A stretch of DNA of 64,000 bases, taken from the NCBI GenBank assembly GCA_965203055.1, contig OZ241863.1, forward strand, positions 1 to 64,000, read 5' to 3'. Positions 19,390 to 28,442 of the stretch are shown one piece after another. Under the pieces are notes generated by a model. It worked only from the letters and a program-made list of their open reading frames with translations, made no database searches and was not told the DNA's origin. The position numbers were made by a program, and so were the translations under genes. The DNA comes from Spirochaetia bacterium (GTDB lineage: Bacteria; Spirochaetota; Spirochaetia; SZUA-6; Bin103). Every line of letters starts with the position of its first letter. Within the stretch, counting starts at the first letter, position 1.

Positions 19390-20312
19390 ACGCGCTTCCT
19401 CAGGCGCGGGTTGGCCACTTCGTCCAGGCCGGCGGTGATCATGAACAGCCCCACGAACAGGAGCACGATCACCACGATCGGCGGCATCAGCCACCACCAC
19501 CAGCCGTGCAGGATCGACGAGTACCAGATGTTCCAGTAGATGGTCATGCCGATCGTCGGCGAGTCCAACGGCCCCAGCCCCAGCGCCTCCAGCCCGATGG
19601 AGGAGAGAATTGCGGAGGCCACCGCGCTGACGAAGCTGGCGGCGATGTAGGGCGCCAGGTTGGGCATCATCTCCTGGAAGATGATGCCTACCGGTCCGGT
19701 GCCGGAGAGCTTGGCGACCTGGACGTAGGATTTCTCGCGCATTACCAGTACTTGCGAGCGAATGGTGCGCGCCGGCCAGCGCCAGGCGAGCACCGCTACC
19801 GCCAGCGCCATCTGGTCCACCGTGAGGCCGCCGCGCGGCACCGACACGGCGATCAGCACCAGCACCAGCAACTGCGGTACGGTCAGCATCACGTCGGTGC
19901 CGGTGCGGATCAGTTCGTCCAGCCAGCCGCCGCTGTACGCCGCCACGAACGCCAGCACCATGCCGAGTCCGATGCCGATCATGCCGGCGATCAGCCCGAT
20001 GCGCAGGGTGAGCGGCGTGCCGACGATGATCACCGCCAGGATGTCGCGGCCCTGTCGATCGGTGCCCAGCGGGAATTCGCCGTCCGGCGCCCGGTTGGCG
20101 GGCACCGAGAGCGCTTCCACGCGCGACACGTCGTAGAACAGGTGGCCCCAGATCACGAACAGGCCCAGGGCCAGGAGGATGAGGATGCCTACCCCCAGCG
20201 TGGGATTGCGCCGCAGGTAGCGGGCGAACGCCAGGGCGCCGCGCGCAACGCGCGTCGCCGGCTCGCGGCGGTCGGCGAAGGAGCGGGCGCCGGCGGCTGC
20301 CACGTCAGGCAT
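19386..20312 (-). CDS. Peptide ABC permease (OppC/DppC-like)
   Basis: PLGTDRQGRDI, ARTIRSQVL..REKSYVQVAKLSG EAA-like loop, TM helices. Confidence 0.9.
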   Translation of the reverse strand: MPDVAAAGARSFADRREPATRVARGALAFARYLRRNPTLGVGILILLALGLFVIWGHLFYDVSRVEALSVPANRAPDGEFPLGTDRQGRDILAVIIVGTPLTLRIGLIAGMIGIGLGMVLAFVAAYSGGWLDELIRTGTDVMLTVPQLLVLVLIAVSVPRGGLTVDQMALAVAVLAWRWPARTIRSQVLVMREKSYVQVAKLSGTGPVGIIFQEMMPNLAPYIAASFVSAVASAILSSIGLEALGLGPLDSPTIGMTIYWNIWYSSILHGWWWWLMPPIVVIVLLFVGLFMITAGLDEVANPRLRKRV

Positions 20313-21312
20313 GTCCGTACTGGATGCGCGGGTCTATCAGCGGATAGAACAGGTCGATGAGCAGCGTGGCCAGCGCGATCGAGAAGATGATCACGAACAC
20401 CACTCCGTTGAGCACGAAGAAGTCGTTCTGGATGATCGACTGCACCAGCAGGCCGCCGATCCCGGGATAGGAGAACACCACCTCCACCAGCACGATCTGG
20501 GACACGATGGTGCCCAGGGAAAGCGCCAGACTGGTGGTCTGCGGCAGCAGGGTGTTGCGCAGCCCGTAGCGAAAGAAGATGCGCCGCCAGCGCAGGCCCT
20601 TGGCTTCCGCCTGCAGCATGTAGTCTTCGCCCTGCATCGTGACCATCATGCCGCGCATCGACAGCGACCAGAACCCGACCTGCGCCAGGACCATGGAGAG
20701 GGCGGGGAGCACCGCGTGATGGGCCACGTCGAGCAGGAATCCGAGGGAGCGCCAGTTGGGGAAGGTGGCGACCGTGTAGCCCCCGAACAGCGGGAACCAC
20801 TTGGCCTGGAACGCGAGCAGAAACAGCAGCACCAGGCCGAGCAGGTAGTAGGGCACCGCGGACAGCGTCAGCAGCGGCATGAACACGTACTGCAGGGAAG
20901 CCGGCGAGCGCGGCCAGCCGAGCAGCGCCCCCAGCAGCGTGCCGAGCAGGAAGGCGAACAGCACCGCCATGCCGCCCAGGACGATGGTCCACGGCAGCGT
21001 CTCGCCGATCAGTTCCCAGGCGGTCTTGGGGAAGTTGGTGATCGACTGGCCGAAGTCCAGGCGGACGATGTCGGCAAGATAGTTGAAGTATTGCACCGTG
21101 AGCGGCTTGTCGAGGCCGAAGCGCTGCTCATAGTGGGCGACCATCGCTTCCAGGCCGGCCTGCAGATAGCCGCCTCGGGTCGCTTCTTCGAGCAGCTTCT
21201 CCCGCACCGGGTTCTGGCCGGAGATGCGGGGCAGAAAGAAGATGCCGGTGACCGCGAGAATCAGCGTGACGATGAAGATGACTACGCGCTTGACGACGTA
21301 GCTTGGCTGCAC
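20305..21312 (-). CDS. Peptide ABC permease (OppB/DppB-like)
   Basis: FGLDKPL..QY..YL, DFGQS, EDYMLQAEAKGL, LRNTLLP, VEVVFSYPGIG. Start GTG 21312 after AAGGGAG. Confidence 0.9.
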   Translation of the reverse strand: MQPSYVVKRVVIFIVTLILAVTGIFFLPRISGQNPVREKLLEEATRGGYLQAGLEAMVAHYEQRFGLDKPLTVQYFNYLADIVRLDFGQSITNFPKTAWELIGETLPWTIVLGGMAVLFAFLLGTLLGALLGWPRSPASLQYVFMPLLTLSAVPYYLLGLVLLFLLAFQAKWFPLFGGYTVATFPNWRSLGFLLDVAHHAVLPALSMVLAQVGFWSLSMRGMMVTMQGEDYMLQAEAKGLRWRRIFFRYGLRNTLLPQTTSLALSLGTIVSQIVLVEVVFSYPGIGGLLVQSIIQNDFFVLNGVVFVIIFSIALATLLIDLFYPLIDPRIQYGHA

Positions 21313-21394
21313 GTGAACTCCCTTTGCCGAATGGCGGGCCGCGGCGCCGCGCCGGCGCCCGGCGTCTTGTGGCCCGGCTCCGCTCCGCCGGGCG

Positions 21395-21501
21395 CGTTGC
21401 GCAACGTACCGGGGCCGGCGCGGCGGCGTCAAGCCGGCGCCGCCGCGCGCGTCCGCCCGCCGGGCCCAAGTTTGACGGTGTGGTACCCGGGGAGGTATCC
21501 T
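21395..21501. promoter_or_regulatory. Divergent promoter region with palindrome CGTTGCGCAACG
   Basis: Minus strand: TTGACG (21432-21427), 18 nt, TACGTT (21408-21403), overlapping a perfect 12-bp palindrome at 21395-21406. Plus strand: TTGACG (21472-21477), 18 nt, TATCCT (21496-21501). Confidence 0.45.
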
Positions 21502-21538
21502 GTACTTTGCGCTAAACCCAAAAGCTTAAGGAGGAACC

Positions 21539-23305
21539 ATGCGCACTACTGTGCTTCGTACCGTGATCGCGGGCCTGCTCGCGCTGCTGCTGGCCGGGCC
21601 GGCGTTCGCCAGCGCCGAGATGGAGGGGGGCGGCGTCAGCGACGTACCCCGGGAACGGCAGCTACGGTTGTTCTGGGGTGGCTCCGGCGGGGTGGGCGCC
21701 GCCGGCCGCTATACCGACCACCAGCTCTGGAATCCCTACAACCCCGGTACCAGTCACCAGAACGGCCCCGGCCTGTTCGCCGAGCCGTTGGCCTTCTACA
21801 GCGCCTTCGCCGATCAGATGATCCCGTGGTTGGCCGAGAGTTGGGAGTACAACAGCGACCATACCGAGCTCACCATCAACACGCGAAGGGGAGTGACCTG
21901 GAGCGACGGCGAGCCGTTCGGCGCCAAGGACGTCGCCTACACCCTGCAGACCCTGTTGGAGATCGGCCCGGCGGTGCGTTGGGGCACCGACGTGCAGGCC
22001 GCGGTGCGGTCCGTGCAACTGGTCAGCGATGACCAGGTACTGGTGCGGTTCAAGGGTCCGCGGCCGAAGTTCCTCTACTTCATGAGCTACAAGTTCGACA
22101 TCGGCGTGTACGTCGTGCCGCAGCACATCTTCGAGGGCCAGGACTGGGCCAGCTTCAGCCACTTCGACCTGGAGCAGGGATGGCCGGTCACCACCGGGCC
22201 GTGGCGGGTAGTCGCCACCTCGCCGGAGCAGAAGGTGATCGACCGCGCCGACAGTTGGTGGGCGGTGGAGCAGGGGCTGGTACCGCGCCTGCCGGAGGTG
22301 GAGCGCATCGTCTACATCCCCAATCCGGGCGAAACGCAGATGGCCCAGGGCTTCATCGCCAACTCGGTGGACGCCAGTCTGGACATGCGGCCGGCGACCA
22401 TCCAGGAGGTGATCGCCCAGAACCCGAACGTGATCACCCATGCCGGGCGCCAGCTTCCGTTCGGCTACGTGGACTGGTGGCCGATCTCGTTGTTCTTCAA
22501 CACCAAGAACTACCCGTTCGACAACCCCGACGTGCGCTGGGCGCTCAGCTACTTCATCGATCGCGACGAGCTGATCGAAGTCGGCTACGGCGGCGCCGGC
22601 ACCGCCTACCCGCTGCCGCTGCCCTCCTACAAGCCGCTGCTGCCCTACCGGGCGGCGATCGACGATCTGCTCAGCGAGCTGGACCCGCTGGAGTACAGCC
22701 CGGAGAAGGGCGAACGACGGCTGCGCGCCGCCGGCTTCGAGCGCGACGGCGAGGGAGTGTGGCGCGACACCGACGGCAACGCCATCACCTGCGACATTCT
22801 GGGCTTCGGCATCTTCTCGGACATCGGTCCGGTGTTGGCGGCGCAGCTCAAGCAGCACGGCATTCCGGCTACGTTCGCCACGCCGCCGGACGCCGGCGAC
22901 CGCCAGAACTCCGGGGACTTCTCCTGCGCCATGCGCGGCCACGGCGGCAGCGTGCGCGATCCCTACTTCACGATGAAGCTGTACCAGTCTGCGAGCTCGC
23001 AGATCCCCGGCGGTCACCAAGTGAACTTCTACCAGTGGGAGAACGCGGACTACGACGCCATCACCGATCAGGTAGCGGCAACCGGTATGGACGATACCCA
23101 GCGGCTGCTGCAACTCTGGCGCGAGGCGATGGAGATCTGGCTGCCGGAACTGCCCGACGTCCAGCTCGTGGAGTGGTATCACCGCATCCCGATGAACACC
23201 ACCTACTGGGAGAACTGGCCGACGGCGCAGAATCCCTACGTCAACGGCGCCTTCTGGCACCTCACCTTCCAGCTCATCCTGAACGAGCTGGAAGCGGTCC
23301 AGTAA
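21539..23305 (+). CDS. Peptide/nickel ABC substrate-binding protein (SBP family 5)
   Basis: AAGGAGG RBS, signal peptide, PWLAESWEYN, GVTWSDGEPF...DVAYT, PFDNPDVRWALS..IDR. Confidence 0.92.
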   Translation: MRTTVLRTVIAGLLALLLAGPAFASAEMEGGGVSDVPRERQLRLFWGGSGGVGAAGRYTDHQLWNPYNPGTSHQNGPGLFAEPLAFYSAFADQMIPWLAESWEYNSDHTELTINTRRGVTWSDGEPFGAKDVAYTLQTLLEIGPAVRWGTDVQAAVRSVQLVSDDQVLVRFKGPRPKFLYFMSYKFDIGVYVVPQHIFEGQDWASFSHFDLEQGWPVTTGPWRVVATSPEQKVIDRADSWWAVEQGLVPRLPEVERIVYIPNPGETQMAQGFIANSVDASLDMRPATIQEVIAQNPNVITHAGRQLPFGYVDWWPISLFFNTKNYPFDNPDVRWALSYFIDRDELIEVGYGGAGTAYPLPLPSYKPLLPYRAAIDDLLSELDPLEYSPEKGERRLRAAGFERDGEGVWRDTDGNAITCDILGFGIFSDIGPVLAAQLKQHGIPATFATPPDAGDRQNSGDFSCAMRGHGGSVRDPYFTMKLYQSASSQIPGGHQVNFYQWENADYDAITDQVAATGMDDTQRLLQLWREAMEIWLPELPDVQLVEWYHRIPMNTTYWENWPTAQNPYVNGAFWHLTFQLILNELEAVQ

Positions 23306-23324
23306 GTAAACCGCAACGGTGGAC

Positions 23325-23416
23325 TGCGCCGCGCCGGTCGAGCCCCCCGCCGGCCTCTCCTTCGGGGGCGCCGGCGCGGCGCAAGCCGCGGCCCGCAGGC
23401 AGCGCGGGCCGCGGCC
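23325..23416 (+). other. Two GC-rich stem-loops after the SBP gene (mRNA stabiliser or attenuator candidates)
   Basis: TGCGCCGCGCCGG...CCGGCGCGGCGCA and GCCGCGGCCCGC...GCGGGCCGCGGC; no U-tract. Confidence 0.45.
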
Positions 23417-23419
23417 GCC

Positions 23420-24112
23420 ATGCGGATAGCCGAACTCAGGGAGCAGGAGCGCGGCAGGCAGTGGCGGGTACGCGCGCGGCGGCGCCTGATGATGCGGCTC
23501 AGCGCCGCCTACGGCGCGGCGCTCGCGGTGGCGGGGCTCTACGTGAGCCTCCCGGCGCGGCTGGCCGAGCAGATCGACCGCCACGACTTCGTTCTGCAGC
23601 GGCCCGCCTGGTGGCCGTTCCTGCGCTCCGCGGCGGGCGCGGCCCTGGCCGGCGGCGTGCTGGGGGGCGTACTGGTGTTGCTGATCAGCGGCGGCCCGCG
23701 GCCGCGCTACCTGGCGGCGCGCTGGCTGCTGACCGGCGCCGTGTTCGGTCTCGCGGTCCCGTTCCTGACCTGGGCGTTGCTGCCGCCGGTGGGTAACGTG
23801 ATCGACTTGGCGGCCGGACGGCTGGCGTTCCCGGACTTCCTGCCGCGGCTTGGCGAAAACCTGGTGGACACGCTGCGCTTTTCTTCGGTGAACGGCATTT
23901 TGAGCCTGTACGTGGGTCTGGTGAGCGGCGCGCTGCTGGCCGCCGGCGGGGCGCTCATGGAGGCGCTGAGCGCCGGCGGCGAGGTCGTTGCGTTGCGCCC
24001 GCCGCTGGCAGCATGCGCCGCGCTCACGTTCGGCATCTGCCTGGCGGTGTTCTTCGGACCGTTCGCGTGGTTCGAGAGCCTGGTGTACGGCCTGGGCACC
24101 CGCATGCCATGA
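23420..24112 (+). CDS. Hypothetical multi-pass membrane protein
   Basis: About 5 hydrophobic segments; stop overlaps the next start (ATGA). Confidence 0.65.
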   Translation: MRIAELREQERGRQWRVRARRRLMMRLSAAYGAALAVAGLYVSLPARLAEQIDRHDFVLQRPAWWPFLRSAAGAALAGGVLGGVLVLLISGGPRPRYLAARWLLTGAVFGLAVPFLTWALLPPVGNVIDLAAGRLAFPDFLPRLGENLVDTLRFSSVNGILSLYVGLVSGALLAAGGALMEALSAGGEVVALRPPLAACAALTFGICLAVFFGPFAWFESLVYGLGTRMP

Positions 24113-25935
24113 GGCGCGCGGTGAGGTCATCCGGCGGCCGGCGCGGGCGGGACGTGTGCTGCGCGCTGCTGATCGGGTTGGGCGCGTGGTACGGGGCGGC
24201 GCAGCAGCCCGCCGCGGACAGCGCCGCCGCGGGAGCGGCATTCGAGGTGCAGCCGTTTGCTACCAGCGCGCGCGCCATCGCCCTGACCTGGGACGGCGAG
24301 CATCTGTGGGCCGCCCGCTACGACGACGGCAGCGTCGCCAAGCTGGCGACCGATGGCACCGAGCTGGAAGTGGTGCCGGTAGCGCCGACGCCGATCGAGC
24401 TGGCCTTCGATGGCGAGTACGTGTGGGTGAGCCACTTCGAGGAGCCGGCGGTGACCAAGCTGAGCCGCGACGGGCGCGAGCTTGGCCGCTTCGCCACCGG
24501 CGAGTCTCCGGGCGGCATGCACTTCGTGGGCGGCGGCATGTGGGTAGCCAACGGCATGTCCCACTCGCTGCACTTCCTGCGCCGTAGCGACGGTATGCTG
24601 CTCGCCGAGGTGGCGGTGGATGCCGGCCCGTTCGCGGTGGTCTCCGACGGCGTCCACCTGTGGGTGGCAAGCTACTTCGCCGATACCATCAGCAAGTTCG
24701 CTCCCAACGGTACCTTGGTGGGAGTCTGGCCGACCGCGCCCGATCCGGTGGCGCTGGCGTTCGACGGGGAACATCTGTGGGTGGTCTCGGTGGACGACGA
24801 CGCGCTGATCAAGATGCGCACCAACGGCGAGGTGGTGGGGCGGTTCCGGGTGCCCGACGGCCCGCGCGACGTGCTGTTCGACGGTACTCACCTGTGGGTG
24901 TCCAGCTTCGATGCCAAGACGGTTTCCAAGCTCACCCCGGAGGGCGAGATAGTCGGCGCGGTCCTGGTCGGCAATGGGCCATGGGCGCTGGCCAGCGACG
25001 GCCGCCATCTCTGGGTGGCGGACGCGACTACGCCGGTAATCTCCAGACTGGGACCGCTCGCCGCGGCGATGCCGGTGACGCCGCGGCTGGTACCCGCAGA
25101 GCCGCCGCCGCTGCCGGCTGACCTGCCCGGCATTGCGTACGACGGCCACCATCTGTGGGTGGCGGATCCGCGCGGCAACAAGGTCGACATACTGGGCCCG
25201 AACCGGTTGCTTGGCTCGCTGACCGTCGGCGCCGCGCCGGTGGCGATCGCGCAAGTCGGCGAGACCACCTGGGTGGCCAACGCCGGCGACGGAACCGTGT
25301 CCCGAATCGCCGGCGCCGGCGAGCGGGTCGACGCGTTTCCGGTAGCGGGAGAGCCGCGCGCCCTGCTGCCGCTGGGCGACTCGGTGTGGGTGGCGGACGC
25401 CGCGGGCGACCGGCTGATCCGCCTGGCGGCGGACGGCGCGCAGCGCGAAGAGGTGGCGGTAGGGCGCCGCCCCTCCGCCCTGCTGGCCGTGGCCGGCGAC
25501 TTGTGGGTGGCGAATCGCGACGACGCGACGCTGTCGGTCGTTACCCCCGGCGCCGGGGTACGCGCCACCATACCGGCGGCGCCGAGCCCGGTGGCCCTGG
25601 CCACCGATCAGCAGCACGTGTGGGTGGCCCACCGTGACGCCGCCGCAGTCAGCAAGCTGACCCTGGACGGGGAGGAAGTGGCCCGCTACCGCGTGGGCGA
25701 GCAGCCGGTCGCCCTCGTCTATACCGACTTCCACGGCGACGGCCACGTCTGGGTGGCCAACCTGGGCGACGACACGGTCATGAAGATGACCCGCGGCGGC
25801 ATGCGCCTGGCGGTGGTGCGCACCGGCGACGCGCCGGCCGCGCTGGCGGTGGCCGGAGACAACCTGGTGGTGGTGAACGCCGGCTCGCAGACCCTGACCC
25901 GCATCCCGCTGGCCACCGGCGGCGCCACGATGTAA
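24109..25935 (+). CDS. Exported beta-propeller repeat protein (YncE/YVTN/Vgb-like, probably two propellers)
   Basis: Repeated P..LA.DG.HLWV.....VSK units in two blocks joined by a Pro-rich linker (PVTPRLVPAEPPPLP); hydrophobic N-terminal segment. Confidence 0.78.
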   Translation: MRRAVRSSGGRRGRDVCCALLIGLGAWYGAAQQPAADSAAAGAAFEVQPFATSARAIALTWDGEHLWAARYDDGSVAKLATDGTELEVVPVAPTPIELAFDGEYVWVSHFEEPAVTKLSRDGRELGRFATGESPGGMHFVGGGMWVANGMSHSLHFLRRSDGMLLAEVAVDAGPFAVVSDGVHLWVASYFADTISKFAPNGTLVGVWPTAPDPVALAFDGEHLWVVSVDDDALIKMRTNGEVVGRFRVPDGPRDVLFDGTHLWVSSFDAKTVSKLTPEGEIVGAVLVGNGPWALASDGRHLWVADATTPVISRLGPLAAAMPVTPRLVPAEPPPLPADLPGIAYDGHHLWVADPRGNKVDILGPNRLLGSLTVGAAPVAIAQVGETTWVANAGDGTVSRIAGAGERVDAFPVAGEPRALLPLGDSVWVADAAGDRLIRLAADGAQREEVAVGRRPSALLAVAGDLWVANRDDATLSVVTPGAGVRATIPAAPSPVALATDQQHVWVAHRDAAAVSKLTLDGEEVARYRVGEQPVALVYTDFHGDGHVWVANLGDDTVMKMTRGGMRLAVVRTGDAPAALAVAGDNLVVVNAGSQTLTRIPLATGGATM

Positions 25936-25966
25936 GGAGCGCCGCCCCGCCGGCCGTGGACGGTTG

Positions 25967-27082
25967 CTACATCCCCCACACGGTAATCGGAGCGCCGTCC
26001 GGCGGCGCGGCGCGGTGATACATCTCCCGGTATATCGGGTTGGCGATGCGTAACGGTCCGCCCGCTACCAGGCCGAGGTCGCGTACGTACTGCAAGTCGT
26101 CGTCGGCGATCGTGCCGGGGTCGCGGATACCGCTGAGCAGTGGCTCGATCACGCTGCGCACGCGCGCTTCCCGGAGCTTGTCGGTAAGCTGGTCAAGGTG
26201 GGTGTCGCGGCGCAGGATCAATTGCTCGCCGGCGGCGCGGATGGCAGCGGCGGCAATCGGCTGGCCGCGGTCCTGCCCGGCCCGGTCTTCGAAGCACGCC
26301 TGGTAGGCGAGCGCGTTCACCAGCCACGGCTGCCCCTGCGTCAGCTCCCAGACCTGATCCAGCGCTTCCCCGGTCCATTGCTGCCCGGTCTCCGCAGTGT
26401 GCTGGGACAGCAGCTCGCGTACCTCGGGCGGCGTGAAGTCGCCCAGACGCAACGACCTTGCCTTGACGTTGAAGGCGCTGCCGCCGGTGATGACGGCGTT
26501 TTCGCTGCTGGAGCGGATGCGGTAGTCGCGCACGTCGCGCACCCCGCACAGGATCACGCTCTGCGGGAAGTGCCGCGGGCGCCGGGCGTAGCCGGTGCGC
26601 AGTTGGCGCAGCACTGCGATCAGGGTGTCGCCGACCAGCGCGTCGATCTCGTCGATCAGCAGCACCAGCGGCTTGTGGTCGGCCGCCGCCCAGCGGCCCA
26701 GCACCTCGCGCAGGCAGTTGTGCGGCCCGGCGCGTTCCAGCGCCTCCGGCCAGATCTGCGCCGGGAACGGGTCGTCCAGGACGATGCGCGCCTCGCCGGC
26801 CAGTTCGTTGAGGATGGCGCGCATGGCGGCGCCGACGTCTTCGCGCGCGGACTGGCCGCTCTCGACGTTGACGTAGAGGCAGCGGTAGGCGCCGCCGGCG
26901 TTCAGCTCGTCGGTGAGCGCCAGCAGGGCGGAGGTCTTGCCGGTCTGGCGCGGCGCGTGCAGCACAAAGTAGCGTTTCTCCCGGATCAGCCGCAACACGG
27001 TGTCCGAATCGAGCCGCGGCAGCGGCGGGAGGTGGTAGTGATCCTGCGGGATGATCGGCCCGGCGGTGGTGAAGAAGCGCAT
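25967..27082 (-). pseudogene. AAA-like (AAA_35/STAND-type) ATPase, apparently C-terminally truncated
   Basis: MRFFTTAGP, HAPRQTGKTS, LLIDEID, GGSAFNVKA, TQGQPWLVNALA, IANPIYRE followed by a short unrelated tail. From recall, family members usually continue into a PD-(D/E)xK domain. Confidence 0.65.
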
Positions 27083-27210
27083 TCCTCTTCTTGAGTCTTG
27101 CACGTCGCGGGTCGTTGTCAACAGCAGGGGGAAGGAAGGAAGAATGAGGCGCCGGAGCGGTGGGGGGGCGGCGTAGCGGAAGGGGCGGCTTTGCGGTTAC
27201 CCTGCGGCGC

Positions 27211-27654
27211 ATGATCCACGGAGCTGATCACGTCGCGTTGAGCGTCGCCGATCTCGACCGCTCGATCGGGTTCTACTCGGAGCTGTTCGGGTTCGAGGTG
27301 CGGCGCCGGCTGGCGGCGGATCCCGAGCTGCCCCTCGGGCGGGTGATCGGCGTCGCGGGCGCGGCGGCCGACATCGCCCATCTGTATCTCGGCGAGTTCA
27401 TGCTGGAACTGTTCCGCTACCGGACCCCTGAAGGGCGGGCGCCGGCGGCCGACCGCTCCCAGGCGGATCACGGCTACATTCACTTCGGCCTGCGCGTGAG
27501 CGACATTCACGGCGAGGCGGCGCGCCTGCAGGCCGCCGGGGTGCGCTTGCTGAGCGCTCCGGTGGAGTTCCGGCCCGGCGTGTGGGTGGTGTATTTCCAA
27601 GGCCCGGACGGCGAGGTGGTGGAGTTGCGGCAGGTGCCGGACGCCCTGCGCTGA
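27211..27654 (+). CDS. VOC/glyoxalase family protein
   Basis: DHVALSVADLDRSIGFY, LELF, HFGLRVSDI, YFQGPDGEVVEL. Confidence 0.88.
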   Translation: MIHGADHVALSVADLDRSIGFYSELFGFEVRRRLAADPELPLGRVIGVAGAAADIAHLYLGEFMLELFRYRTPEGRAPAADRSQADHGYIHFGLRVSDIHGEAARLQAAGVRLLSAPVEFRPGVWVVYFQGPDGEVVELRQVPDALR

Positions 27655-27671
27655 AGAAGGAGGTGGACGCG

Positions 27672-28436
27672 GTGAGCAGCGAACAGGAGGCCGGCGGGCG
27701 CGCCCCGGTAGCCGTGGTTACCGGCGCCGCGCGCGGCATCGGCCGCGCGATCTGTCTGGCGCTGGCGCGGGACGGCGCCGACGTGGTGGTGAGCGACATC
27801 GACCTGGCCGCGGCGCAGGACACCGCGGCGCAGGTGACGGCCTGCGGCCGGCGCGGGGTGGCGCGGCGCACCGACGTGGCCTCCGAGGAGCAGGTCGCAG
27901 CGCTGATCGGGGACACGGCGCGCGCGCACGGCGGCCTCGACATCCTGGTGAACAATGCCGGCGTCATCGCCTTGTGTCCCATCCTGGAGCTGAGCGCGGC
28001 GCAGTGGGACCGCACCATGACCATCAACCTGCGCGGTACCTTCATCGCCTGCCGCGAAGCGTTGCGCGTCATGAGCGCTCAGGGCCGAGGCAAGATCGTC
28101 AACCTCGCCTCCCTGGCGGCCAAGATCGGCGGCTACGCGGCGCCGGCGGACTACGCCGCCTCCAAGGCCGGGGTCATCACCTTGACCAAGTCGCTGGCGC
28201 TGGCCGGCGCCGCCCGCGGCGTGAACGTGAACGCGGTGGCGCCCGGCCCCATCGACACCGACCTGACGCGCGCCTGGGGGGAGGAGGTGAACCGGGAATT
28301 CGCCGCCAACATTCCGTTCAAGCGCTACGGCACCGCGGCCGAGGTGGCCGAGGCGGTGGCCTTTCTGGCGTCCGACCGCGCCCGTTACATCACCGGCGAG
28401 ATCATCGACGTCAACGGCGGCTTCTACATGGACTGA
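27672..28436 (+). CDS. Short-chain dehydrogenase/reductase (FabG-like)
   Basis: TGAARGIG, DILVNNAG, YAASK, NAVAPGPIDT, YITGEIIDVNGG. Confidence 0.92.
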   Translation: MSSEQEAGGRAPVAVVTGAARGIGRAICLALARDGADVVVSDIDLAAAQDTAAQVTACGRRGVARRTDVASEEQVAALIGDTARAHGGLDILVNNAGVIALCPILELSAAQWDRTMTINLRGTFIACREALRVMSAQGRGKIVNLASLAAKIGGYAAPADYAASKAGVITLTKSLALAGAARGVNVNAVAPGPIDTDLTRAWGEEVNREFAANIPFKRYGTAAEVAEAVAFLASDRARYITGEIIDVNGGFYMD

Positions 28437-28442
28437 TTAACG

